Shown piece after piece: positions 1-11,514 of a stretch of 64,000 bases of DNA. The DNA lies in the NCBI RefSeq assembly GCF_003918875.1, contig NW_025765570.1, positions 806,001 to 870,000 of the forward strand, read 5' to 3'. Position 1 is the first letter of the stretch; the number at the start of each line of letters is the position of its first letter. A program made the position numbers and the translations under genes. Source of the DNA: Haliotis rubra. Its lineage: Eukaryota. The notes below the pieces were generated by a model. That model made no database searches, was not told the origin of the DNA, and worked only from the letters and a program-made list of their open reading frames with translations.

Positions 1-1408
1 TTTATGGCGTATTGATCTGATCACGTGACACCGATTAAACTTACAGCAACTTCAACTATCGTCTTTCTACTGGCGAACATCGTTCCTACGCCCGAAGGTA
101 AACGCAATCAAGGGGAAATCACATTAGGAATTAATTTTATTTGCTACAAAACATTAAATCCCTCTTGAAGGAGATCTAATTTGTGACCTGGAGCGGCACG
201 CGTGCAAGTCACGTGACGCGGGAAATTAAAAAGCAGAATCAAAATGATGGAATTACGGACTCATCGTAATGGAAAAATACAAAATAGTTCTATCAGAGCG
301 TTTCCCGATTGTTGTCAATTATGATAATATTGCTAAATGTCAAGTGCTGTTATCGGTTTAATTCCTCGGAAGCGTTTTGTAGTCAGGAAATTTGTTCTTC
401 AGTAAAATAATCCTCCAGAATCAATGGCATATGATAATTGGACTTGGTATTTACATGGCGGCATCGGTGTAAGTGCTCTTGCGATTTGCCACGATGACAT
501 CAAGTTCGTTACCTGATAACTTAGCATTGATAACGTTTATTGTTCAGGTTTATGACCAATGCTTGTGACGTTAAGGTTTGTCATCTTCATAAACACACCA
601 GAGAACGCTGTATCTCCGAAATGCTGAAAGTGTCATTTCTTTGCGAGAGTAATTACGTTAATTCTGAAAACACATTAAAGAAGGCTGGACTCTTTATCCC
701 TTTATAATATATAAAAGTGTTGATGGAAAAATGAAAGACATAATTTTTTTCCGTCTGTGCGTTTTACAATTAATTTAATTTACAAACTATTACACATAGC
801 AATACTACGCGATAATTTTTTAACCAATCCCTTTTCGAAACTGCAAAAAATGAAAAATAATTCGGAATAAAGGTTTGAACTTTTTAATTTGAGATTTAGA
901 TTTAAAAACAACAGATTTAATCAGAGGAACACACTTGTTAAACATTGTTTTGGTTAATACATGCAAAATATAGGTTAATTATATTGTTTGTTTTTAAAAT
1001 ATTGTAAGTCTTCGCTGTTTAGACTGATGCTGCTTCCGGTTCGAATTTATATATATTATATTTGTAAACGTGTTCGATGTTACCCATATTCACGTGACGC
1101 TAACACCTTACTATAACACAACTGCGTATAACAGCTGAAAACATTGTCGTGTTTTTAAAGGGCCACTGGGTTTCCTCACAAATTATTCCTGGTTGACGGT
1201 TATGGCATTGGTGTCGTGTGAACAACAGGAATTCCATCGTGACGTAAATAGGTCCCCTGTTACGTTAGGGCTTCAAGCCTTTGGGTATCCCTCGCTGGCT
1301 CCCTGTAAAGTACTGTGCTCGTTAAAGAGACTTCCATTTTTGTACTGGCACCGTCGACGATGTTGTTGCCCATCACTTCTCCTCAATCTGAGTTCGTCTG
1401 TGTTGCAG

Positions 1409-1609
1409 CTGTACAGAATGAACGGCAGCCCCGCAATACTGCGCAGGTGCGCGAGGACCAGATAGATCGAGAACTGGAGCACCCCCTCGGGGCCAACAAC
1501 GCCACGGTGTCCGCCACCCACCCCGCCTTTAGTCCCGGGGCCAACCATCGCTTTATGGCCAGTCTCATGACCGCGGAGACTTGCGCTAAACTCGAGCCAG
1601 AAGATTCAG
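1409..1609 (+). CDS. NR2E3: NR2E3/PNR nuclear receptor, hinge exon (AVQNERQPRNTAQVR...)
   Basis: ttgcag acceptor and G|gtagag donor; AVQNERQPR is the post-DBD motif of NR2E3/PNR/HR51. Confidence 0.85.
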
Positions 1610-2009
1610 GTAGAGACTATTTTCCAAGAATAAGCACTTTACTGTATACGCAGATCCTGACACGAAACACATTTTATGAAGGTATTTGTCTCGTGAAACG
1701 AGGGTAGAGACTGTAACGATGTGACAAGTTGTAGTTGTAGCTTCTGGGCCTCCGCAGTGACACGCCAATTAAGGGCAGACTTATCTCCCCAGTCCGACTG
1801 AATCCTTTCTGTTAGCAGTCTGCAAAAGCGAGATTATCGGCTGTTCTGTACTATTGCTTAATACGCTGTCACATTCTATATGTGTTAACATGGTTCCACT
1901 TTTCCTTTTCAATCCCAGAATTTGCATGTCCATAAGCTATGTATGAGTAACTAGTCCAATGCAGTTACCCCAACATGCTTGTGTATCACACATCCCATCT
2001 CTTCCACAG

Positions 2010-2210
2010 CCATTCAAGAAGAAAATATCGATGTCACAAGCGTGGAGCAGGAACGAGCGCCCCCTCAACAAACCCACATTTACCCGGAAATCACTCTATA
2101 TCCGGCCGGGCAGGAAACGATCTACGAGTGTTCTGCAAGACTTCTGTTTATGGCCGTCAAGTGGTCAAAGAATCTGCCTTCCTTTGCCAACCTTCCTTTC
2201 AGGAGACCAG
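2010..2210 (+). CDS. NR2E3: NR2E3/PNR LBD exon (EENIDV...ETIYECSARLLFMAVKWSKNLPSFANLPF[RDQ]); one extra base near the 3' end
   Basis: ccacag acceptor, CAG|gtgagg donor; ARLLFMAVKWxKNLPxF is the NR2E3 helix-3 signature. Confidence 0.9.
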
Positions 2211-2751
2211 GTGAGGATTGTGACTCCATTACCGTAAATCATTCGCAAATATGGATGAAATAAAAATTCTAATATATTGTCTTATCCTAAATGTTATTTT
2301 CATGGAATGGACACCACCCTGTCTTTTACTGTCTCTTATATTCAGTACCCGATTGTGATTAGGGGTCAGAGAAGGTCTGATAAAACCAAGTCTCGTCCCT
2401 CACAACCTTATTTGTAATATCATTCAGGAAGTGTGTGTTTTGGTTTGTTACTCTTTTTCCGACCACTTACTCCTAAGTGTTGCAAATAAACCACTAAATG
2501 TTGTTTAAAGAGGAATAGTAAGCACGTTAAAATATCCAACAGAAATCATAACTGAAAATATGTCTCACTTCTTTCTATACGTCGCTGTTTGGACGAAATA
2601 TTACCGACGATGACTCACGACAGTTCACCTTCTTACTCATTACTAACATGTATAAACGTAGTCCTAACTTTGGTTACTGATGCAGTTTAGTAGTGTCTGG
2701 GTCTCTGTTCCTCGCTTCCTGCAACTACAGAATCCCATTGGTCTGTTCCAG

Positions 2752-2992
2752 GTCATCCTTCTCGAAGAAGCATGGAGTGAGTTGTTCCTTCTCTGTGCGA
2801 TCCAGTGGTCAATGCCGATGGAAGCGTGTCCCCTCTTTGTCCTCCCTGACCACGCTCCAAACTCCCAAAACGGAAAAATATCCCCATTCTCTGATATGCG
2901 CGTGCTTCAAGAGGTCATGGTCAGATTCAAGGCCATCCAGGTTGACCCCGCAGAGTTCGCCTGTCTCAAGGCCATTGTGCTCTTCAAACCAG
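2752..2992 (+). CDS. NR2E3: NR2E3/PNR LBD exon ([22 protein letters not shown]...[13 protein letters not shown])
   Basis: ttccag acceptor, G|gtaaga donor; characteristic NR2E3 sequence. Confidence 0.93.
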
Positions 2993-3326
2993 GTAAGAAT
3001 AACCGAACTCCATACCAATTCTCTGTTCCTATTTTTGCGTGGATTCCTACCCAATAGCTAAATACCCTGACATTGGTGCTTTAGTTTAATTACGATTTGC
3101 CTTCAGTTGTTCCGGAACACGAACCATTCTATTGAACAAGTTATGAACAATTTTACGTATATATCAATCTGTGTGTACCTTTTGTGAAATAACTTTGCAT
3201 AAGAATATGCGCAATTGCGTATACATGCATAGTCTTTGTAATAGGTTAGCGTGTACATTTTACTGGAATCAAGGGTATTCCATAACACGAAAATACCGTT
3301 ACTTATATGGAGTTGTATCCCTTCAG

Positions 3327-3432
3327 ACACGCGCAGCTTGAAGGACCCGCCCCAAGTTGAGAACCTTCAAGACCAGGCTCAGGTCATGCTTGGTCAGCAC
3401 ATCCGGGCACAGCATCCCACTCAGCCCTGCAG
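3327..3432 (+). CDS. NR2E3: NR2E3/PNR LBD exon ([25 protein letters not shown]...QPCR)
   Basis: cttcag acceptor, AG|gtacgg donor; phases 1 and 2 match the neighbouring exons. Confidence 0.92.
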
Positions 3433-3879
3433 GTACGGTCAGGTCATCTGGCAGGTCACTCGGGTGTCTTGCCGTTACCAAATTTATAACTTCCAACCAA
3501 TATCGACTTTTCGCCGTAATAACGTCATGCATAATAAAACAGCGGCTTGTCGTGGTCGTAATTCCTGTAGTTTAACACAGACTTGACATAGTCGTGATTT
3601 CCTTAATATGAAGTAGACTTAACGCTGTCATAAATCCCATAATCTGATATAGACGTACGGCAGTCTTACACTTTAACTGAAACTCACCACAGATATTACT
3701 CACCCGGAATTCAACATAAACATGTCACAGGGAACAAGTCAGTTCGGTGGGGCTGAAGTACACATCGATTTATGAGGATAATTCCAGTTCAGATCACCAG
3801 TTTGTTACACAGGAAAACTCTTTATTCAAAGATTTGTAACATTCTGTCAGTGAATTTAATTTGGAATATTTTCTTTCAG

Positions 3880-4012
3880 ATTTGGCCGCCTGTTGCTCTT
3901 GCTCCCCACGCTGAGATACATCCCGTCAGACCGGATCGAGAGACTGTTTTTTGGCAGAACTATCGGCAACACACCAATGGAGAAGCTGCTTTGTGATATG
4001 TTTAAGAGTTGA
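3880..4012 (+). CDS. NR2E3: NR2E3/PNR last coding exon ([13 protein letters not shown]...[16 protein letters not shown])
   Basis: tttcag acceptor; C-terminal [15 protein letters not shown] is diagnostic of NR2E3; TGA at 4010-4012. Confidence 0.93.
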
Positions 4013-4759
4013 AGTGTTCATTAAACTTTCAAGGACATTCGCTGGCGCACGTGATTAGTCAGTTAAATCACGTGATCTCGAACATTTTGAAGTACATGAA
4101 CTTCTTGCAGCAGTAGTTACCTCCCTTTGGTAACACTTTGCGGACTCAGTCACAATCTCATTAATATATCAATTTTCAGAATACTTTGAATTTGTGCACA
4201 GTATTTTTGTATGAACGACGTCTTATCGCTAACCTCTTTGACTACGCATTCCCGCATCCATATATATAATACATCCCACCCTACATTTCTCAATTAAAAA
4301 AATGCATCACTTCACATGGAACATCAAAATCTATTCATAAACATCATTGTATATTAAGAATATATATTATGGGCACTTGTGCAATATTTCACATTTTGTG
4401 ACTGTGGAACTTAGAATTTTCCTATACAAAACAAATTCTCTGGTACACACAAAACATAGTCGCGGTCGCCCACCGCAGGGACCCTGTATATAGTGTGTTG
4501 TATATAACAGGCATATATATCATAGTGATGTTATTAACGCATTTACCCCCTTTCTATAGTGCTCAATAGTCTTCAACACGAATCGTCTTCCTGCAATGTA
4601 CATACGTCACTTTATTTATTATCCACTGAAGTTCATGTGATTGTCTTGTGATGCTTAATTGTGTTTATTGTGTACATATACAAATAGTCATATATTGCAT
4701 TGAAATAGGTCTATGTATATAAGTCCAATACCTGTTCATTGTGTATCTTGTGAGACACA

Positions 4760-4765
4760 AATAAA
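4760..4765 (+). promoter_or_regulatory. Candidate polyadenylation signal (AATAAA) of NR2E3
   Basis: AATAAA ~750 nt after the stop codon, followed by GT-rich sequence. Confidence 0.5.
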
Positions 4766-4874
4766 CCATTCATTCGTCATTAAGCATGTTATTGTCAGTC
4801 GTGGATGTTTATAGTGTTTACTAGAAACATTCATTCCATCGCGCCAATGCTTCCATCTCTTCTTTCGTTATTCA

Positions 4875-5043
4875 GGGGCGGTGGGGTAGCCTAATGGTTA
4901 AAGCGTTGGCTCGTCACGCCGAAGACCCGGGTTCGAATCCCCACATGGGCACAATGTGTGAAGCCCATTTCTGGTGTCCCCGCCGTGATGTTGCTGGAAT
5001 ATTGCTAAAAGCGGCGTAAAACCAAACTCAGTCAGGCAGTCAG
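4875..5043 (+). mobile_element. tRNA-derived SINE (family A), full length
   Basis: A-box (TAGCCTAATGG), B-box (GGTTCGAATCC), simple-repeat tail, 13-bp TSD TCTTTCGTTATTC at 4861-4873 and 5044-5056; other copies in the window. Confidence 0.9.
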
Positions 5044-5414
5044 TCTTTCGTTATTCGAGCGCAACATTTCTGTCGTTCAAGAGAGCAATGTAATTCGACG
5101 ACTATATGTAACGCGATGACAGTGGGGATCATCATGCCCCGGACAACAGGGGATGGGAGTAGGTATACGCCTGTGTAGTCAGGCGGTGAGCCAGAATGTT
5201 GTTGGCAGCAATGTTTCACCTGCATCGCTGTAAAGAATCGTCTCTGAAAAAGGCAAACAGAGGATGAAAGTGTAGGCGATGTCCCACGTCATCGGGATTG
5301 ATAACATGCAGGCGCTGTCAAAATCACTCGGTTACGTGGGACTTGGATCCGGACGTCCAGCGTACGCTCTCACATGGAGAATGTCATATGTACAGTTCAT
5401 TTAAGCTGTCAAAG

Positions 5415-6940
5415 CGGTAGGGTGTCGTCGTCGTACGGTGTCCAAGCGGAAATGTGTCCTGGTGGTAGAGTATTCTCGTCGTAGTGTGTCCTAACGGTAG
5501 GGTGTCCTTGTGGTAGGGTGTCTTCGTTGTAGGGTATCCTCGTCGTAGTGTGTCCTAGCGGTAGTGTGTCCTCGTGGTAAGGTATCTTTGTGATAGGGTG
5601 TCCTCGTGGTAGTGTGTCCTCGTAGTAAGGTATCTTTGTGGCAGGGTGTCCTCGTGGTAGTGTGTGCTAGCGGCAGTGTGTCCTCGTGGTAAGGTATCTT
5701 CGTGGTAGGGTGTCCTCGTTGTAGGGTATCCTCGTGGTAGTATGTCCTCGTTGTAGGGTGTCCTAGCGGTAGGGTGTCCACGTGGTAAGCTGTCCTAGCG
5801 GTAGGGTGTCATCGTCGTACGGTGTCCAAGCGGTAATGTGTCCTGGTGTTAGGGTATCCTCGTCGTAGTGTGTCCTTACGGTAGGGTATCCTCGTGGTAG
5901 GGTGTCCTTGTGGTAGGGTGTCCTAGCGGTAGTGTGTCCTCGTGGTAGGGTGTCCTAGCGGTAGTGTGTCCTCGTGGTTGGGTGTCCTAGCGGTAGTGTG
6001 TCCTCATGGTTGGGTGTCCTGGTGGTAGTGTGTCCTCGTGGTAAGCTGTCCCAGCGGCAGGATGTGCTCGTGGTAGGGTGTCCTAGCGGTAGTATGTCAG
6101 CGTGGTAGGGTGTCCCAGCGGTAGTGTGTCCTTATGGTTGGGTGTCCTGGTGGTAGTGTGTCCTCGTGGTAAGGGTGTCCCAGCGGCAGGATGCTCGTGG
6201 TAGAGGTGTCCTCGTTAAAGGTCGTCCTAGCGGCGAGTCCCATTGGTAGGGTGTCCTAGCGGTAGTGTGTCCTCGTGGTAGGGTGTCCCTAGCGGTAGTG
6301 TGTCCTTATGGTTGCGTCCTGGTGGTAGTGTGTCCTCGTGGTAAGCTGTCCCAGCGGCAGGATGTGCTCGTGGTAGGGGTGTCCTAGCGGTAGTGTGTCA
6401 GCGTGGTAGGGTGTCCTAGCGGTAGTGTGTCCCTTATGGTTGGGTGTCCTGGTGGTAGTGTGTCCTCGTGGTAAGCTGTCCCAGCGGCAGGATGTGCTCT
6501 CGTGGTAGGGTGTCCTCGTTAAAGGTCGTCCTAGCGGCAGGGGAGTCCTATTGGTAGGGTGTCCTAGCGGTAGTGTGTCCTCGTGGTAGGGTGTCCTAGC
6601 GGTAGTGTGTCCTCGTGGTTGGGTGTCCTAGCGGTAGTGTGTCCTCATGGTTGGGTGTCCTGGTGGTAGTGTGTCCTCGTGGTAAGGTGTCCTAGCGGTA
6701 GTGTGTCCTCGTGGTAGGGTGTCCTAGCGGTAGTGTGTCCTCGTGGTTGGGTGTCCTAGCGGTAGTGTGTCCTTATGGTTGGGTGTCCTGGTGGTAGTGT
6801 GTCCTCGTGGTAAGCTGTCCCAGCGGCAGGATGTGCTCGTGGTAGGGTGTCCTCGTTATAGGACGTCCTAGCGGCAGGGAGTCCTATTGGTAGGGTGTCC
6901 TAGAGGTAGGGTGTTCTCGTGGCAGGATGTCCTCGTAGTA
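5415..6940. repeat. ~16-bp minisatellite (GGTAGGGTGTCCTCGT / GGTAGTGTGTCCTAGC), about 95 units
   Basis: Visible tandem periodicity with alternating variant units. Confidence 0.9.
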
Positions 6941-6989
6941 TCATAGTGATGGAGTATCATAGTGATCCTGGAGGATGGGTATCCTAATG

Positions 6990-9900
6990 ACCGGTGGGGT
7001 ATCCTCGTGATTGGTGGTCTCCGTGATGGGGTATACTTGTGATTGGTGGTCCCCGCGGTGAGTGTATACTAGTGACTGCGGTCTCTGTGGTAGGAGAATC
7101 GTAGTGATTGTGGGTCATCGAGGTGGGGGAATCGTAGTGATTGGTTGTACTCCAGGTGGGGTAATCCTAGTGATTGCTGGTATTCGATGTGGGGTAATCC
7201 TAGTGATTGGTGGTACTCGAGATGGCGTATCCTAGTGATTGGTGGTACTCGAGTTGGTGTAATCCTACTGATTGGTGGTACTCGAGGTGGGGTAATGCTA
7301 CTGATTGGTGGTACTCGAGGTTGGGTAATCCTAGTGATTGGTGGTATTCGATGTGGGGGAATCCTAGTGATTGCTGGTATTTGATGTCGGGTAATCCTAG
7401 TGATTGGGGGTACTCGAGGTGGCGTAACCTAGTGATTGGTGGTACTCGAGGTGGGGTAATCCTACTGATTGGTGGTACTCGAGATGGCGTATCCTAGTGA
7501 TTGGTGGTACTCGAGGTGGGGTAATCCTAGTGATTGGTTGGTGGTACTAGAGATGGTGGTACTCGAGGGTAATCCTAGTGATTGGTGGTACTCGAGGTGG
7601 GGTAATCCTAGTGATTGGTGGTACTATTCGAGGTGGCGTAATCCTAGTGATTGGTGGTACTCGAGGTGGGTAATCCTAGTGATTGGTGGTACTCGATGAT
7701 GGGTAATCCTAGTGATTGGTGGTACTCGAGGTGGGGTAATCCTAGTGATTGGTGGTACTCGAGGTGGGGTAATCCTAGTGATTGGTGGTACTCGAGATGG
7801 CGTATCCTAGTGATTGGTGGTACTCGAGGTGGGGTAATCCTAGTGATTGGTGGTACTCGAGGTGGGGTAATCCTAGTGATTGGTGGTACTCGAGGTGGGG
7901 TAATCCTAGTGATTGGTGGTATTCGATGTGGGGGAATCCTAGCGTGATTGGCACTCGAGAATCCCTGAGTGATTGGTGGTACTCGAGGTGGGGTAATCCT
8001 AGTGATTGGTGGTACTCGAGGTGGGGTAATCCTAGTGATTGGTGGTACTCGAGATGGGGTATCCTAGTGATTGGTGGTACTCGAGGTGGGGTAATCCTAG
8101 TGATTGGTGGTACTCGAGGTGGGGTAATCCTACTGATTGGTGGTACTCGAGGTGGGGTAATCCTAGTGATTGGTGGTATTCGATGTGGGGAATCCTAGTG
8201 ATTGCTGGTAATTGATGTCGGGTAATCCTAGTGATTGGGGGTACTCGAGGTGGCGTAACCTAGTGATTGGTGGTACTCGAGGTGGGGTAATCCTAGTGAT
8301 TGGTGGTACTCGAGATGGCGTATCCTAGTGATTGGTGGTACTCGATGTGGGGTAATCCTACTGATTGGTGGTACTCGAGATGGCGTAACCTAGTGATTGG
8401 TGGTACTCGAGGTGGGGGAATCCTAGTGATTGGTGGTCCCCGTGATATCGTATCCTTGTGATTGGTTGTACTCGAGGTGGGGTGATCCTAGTGATTGGTG
8501 GTACTCGAGGTGGGGTAATCCTAGTGATTGGTGGTACTCGAGGTGGGGTAATCCTAGTGATTGGTGGTACACCAGGTGGGGTAATCCTAGTGATTGGTGG
8601 TACTCGAGATGGCGAATCCTAGTGATTGGTGGTACTCGAGCTGGGGTAATCCTAGTGATTGGTGGTACTCGAGCTGGGGTAATCCTAGTGATTGGTGGTA
8701 CTCGAGATGGCGTATCCTAGTGATTGGTGGTACTCGAGGTGGGGTAATCCTAGTGATCGGTGGTACTCGAAGTGGGATAATTCTACTGATTGGTGGTACT
8801 CGAGGTGGGGTAATCCTACTGAATGGTGGTATTCGATGTGGGGTAATCCTACTGATTGGTGGTACTCGAGGTGGGGTAATCCTAGTGATTGGTGGTATTC
8901 GATGAGTGTGAATCCTAGTGATTGGTGGTCCCCGTGATATCGTATTTTAGTGATTGGTGGTACTCGAGGTGGGGGAATCCTAGTGATTGGTGGTACTCGA
9001 GGTGGGGGAATCCTAGTGATTGGTGGTCCCCGTGATATCGTATTTTAGTGATTGGTGGTACTCGAGGTGAGGGAATCCTAGTGATTGGTGGTACTCGAGG
9101 TGGGGTAATCCTACTGAATGGTGGTATTCGATGTGGGGTAATCCTAGTGATTGGTGGTACTCGAGGTGGGGTAATCCTAGTGATTGGTGGTATTCGATGA
9201 GTGTGAATCCTAGTGATTGGTGGTCCCCGTGATATCGTATTTTAGTGATTGGTGGTACTCGAGGTGGGGAATCCTAGTGATTGGTGGTACTCCAGGTGGG
9301 GTAATCCTAGTGATTGGTGGTACTCGAGATGGCGAATCCTAGTGATTGGTGGTACTCGAGGTGGGGTAATCCTAGTGATTGGTGGTACTCGAGGTGGGGT
9401 AATCTAGTGATTGGTGGTAGTGATTGGTGGAGATGGGGTAATCCTAGTGATTGGTGGTACTCGAGGTGGGGTAATCCTAGTGATTGGTGGTACTCGAGGT
9501 GGGTAATCCTAGTGATTGGTGGTACTCGAGGTGGGGTAATCCTAGTGAATGGTGGTATTCGATGTGGGGTAATCCTACTGATTGGTGGTACTCGAGGGGG
9601 GGTAATCCTAGTGATTGGTGGTATTCGATGAGTGTGAATCCTAGTTATTGGTGGTCCCCGTGATATCGTATTTTAGTGATTGGTGGTCCTCTAAGTGGGG
9701 GAATCCTTGTGATTGGTGGTACTCGAGGTGGGGTAATCCTAGTGATTGGTGGTACTTGATGTGGGGTAATCCTAGTGATTGGTGGTACTCGATGTAGGGT
9801 AATCTTAGTGATTGGTGGTACTCGAGGTGGGGTAATCCTAGTGATTGGTAGTTCTTGAGATGGCGTATCCTAGTGATTGGTAGTACTCGAGGTGGGGTAA

Positions 9901-10900
9901 TCCTAGTGATTGGTGGTACTCGAGCTGGGGTAATCCTAGTGATTGGTGGTACTCGAGATGGCGTATCCTAGTGATTGGTGGTACTCGAGGTGGGGTAATC
10001 CTAGTGATTGGTTGTACTCGATGTCGGGTAATCCTAGTGATTGGTGGTACTCGAGGTGGGTGAATCCAAGTGATTGGTGGTATTTTGATGTTGGGTTATC
10101 CTAGTGATTGGTGGTCCCCATGATGGCGTATCCTAGTAATTGGTGGTACTCGAGGTGGGGAATCCCAGTGATTGGTGGTTTTCGATGTGGGGGAATCCTA
10201 CTGATTGGTGGCACTCGAGGTGGGGTAATCCTAGTGATTGGTGGTACTCGAGGTTGGGTAATCCTAGTGATTGGTTGTACTCGAGGTGGGGTAACTCTAC
10301 TGATTGGTGCTATTCGATGTGGGGTAATCCTAGTGATTGGTGGTACTCCGGGTGGGGTAATCCTATTGATTGGTGGTACACCAGGTGTGGTATCCTAGTG
10401 ATTGGTGGTACTCCAGGTGGGGTAATCCTAGTGATTGGTGGTATTCGAGGTGGGGTAATCCTGGTGATTGGTGGTACTCGATGTGGGGGAATCCTAGTGA
10501 TAGATGGTCCCCGTGATTGGGTTTCTAGTGATTGGTGGTCCCCGTGGTGATGTTTTTTAGTGATTGGTGGTAGTGATGCGGTATTCTAGTGATTGGTGGT
10601 CCCCGTGGTGGGGTATTCTAGTGATTGGTGGTCCCCGTAATTGAGTATTCTAGTGATAGGTGTCCCCGTAGTGGGGTATTTAGTGATTGGTTGTCCCCGT
10701 GGTGAGGTATTCTAGTGATTGGTGGTCCCCGTGATTGGGTACCCTAGTGATAGGTGTCCCCGTGATGGGGTATCTTAGTTATAGGTGGTCCCCGTGGTGA
10801 GGTTTCCTAGTGATCGGTGCTAATCGACTTAGGGGTAGGCTACTTATTTGTGGTCCCAATGGTGGGGTATCCTTGTGATTGGTGGTCCCCGTGCCGTGGT
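6990..10900. repeat. 33-bp satellite (CCTAGTGATTGGTGGTACTCGAGGTGGGGTAAT), about 115 units
   Basis: Tandem periodicity; produces spurious PSDWWYSRWGN ORFs. Confidence 0.95.
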
Positions 10901-11241
10901 AGTGTCTCCTCGTGGTTGTATATTCCCACTACCACCACCAGTGGTACGGAGTGTTACAGAGCTGGTGTCAGTGACGCTACTGTACGTGCTCGCCCACACT
11001 GAACGACGGACACAAAAAGTTGAAAATTTATCATGAGAATGCATTCCATCGTGTTGACATCTCTAAACCACAGGTACAAATTTGGGGTAAAACAGATCTG
11101 ACAGAAACGGAAAGAAATATGATCGGTTAGGTTCGGATTGTTAATGGGGATTTTATGTGCGCGTCTAACAGAAAGAGCACGCGAACGAAAAGAACATGCG
11201 AGTTGAGGTTGAATTAGTGAGAGTGTGGTGGGGATTGTAGG

Positions 11242-11244
<3 letters not shown>

Positions 11245-11276
<32 letters not shown>

Positions 11277-11288
11277 GTTGTTGTTGTT
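11245..11288. repeat. (GT)n + (GTT)n microsatellite
   Basis: Direct reading. Confidence 0.95.
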
Positions 11289-11514
11289 TAAGACTGTTTC
11301 CCTTGCTAATCCACTGACATACCATACGGCAGTTGGTTATATACTTATCGGCAAATAAAACCATGATGGTGTCGGTGGGTATATGTCCATCTGAGTTAAA
11401 TAGTATGCCAGCAATATCAGGTGAGACGGGACATCGGGTCAAACATTCAAATCATATGAGGAAACGAACAGTGCTACATGTGAACACTTTAACCACCAGA
11501 ATACCCCACCGCGC

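Noticed and set aside
1-1400. NR2E3 zinc-finger DNA-binding exons
   Set aside because: No C4 zinc-finger coding sequence recognised; presumably upstream of the window.
4875-4950. tRNA gene
   Set aside because: The tRNA-like head continues into a SINE body and tail with a TSD, and multiple diverged copies exist.
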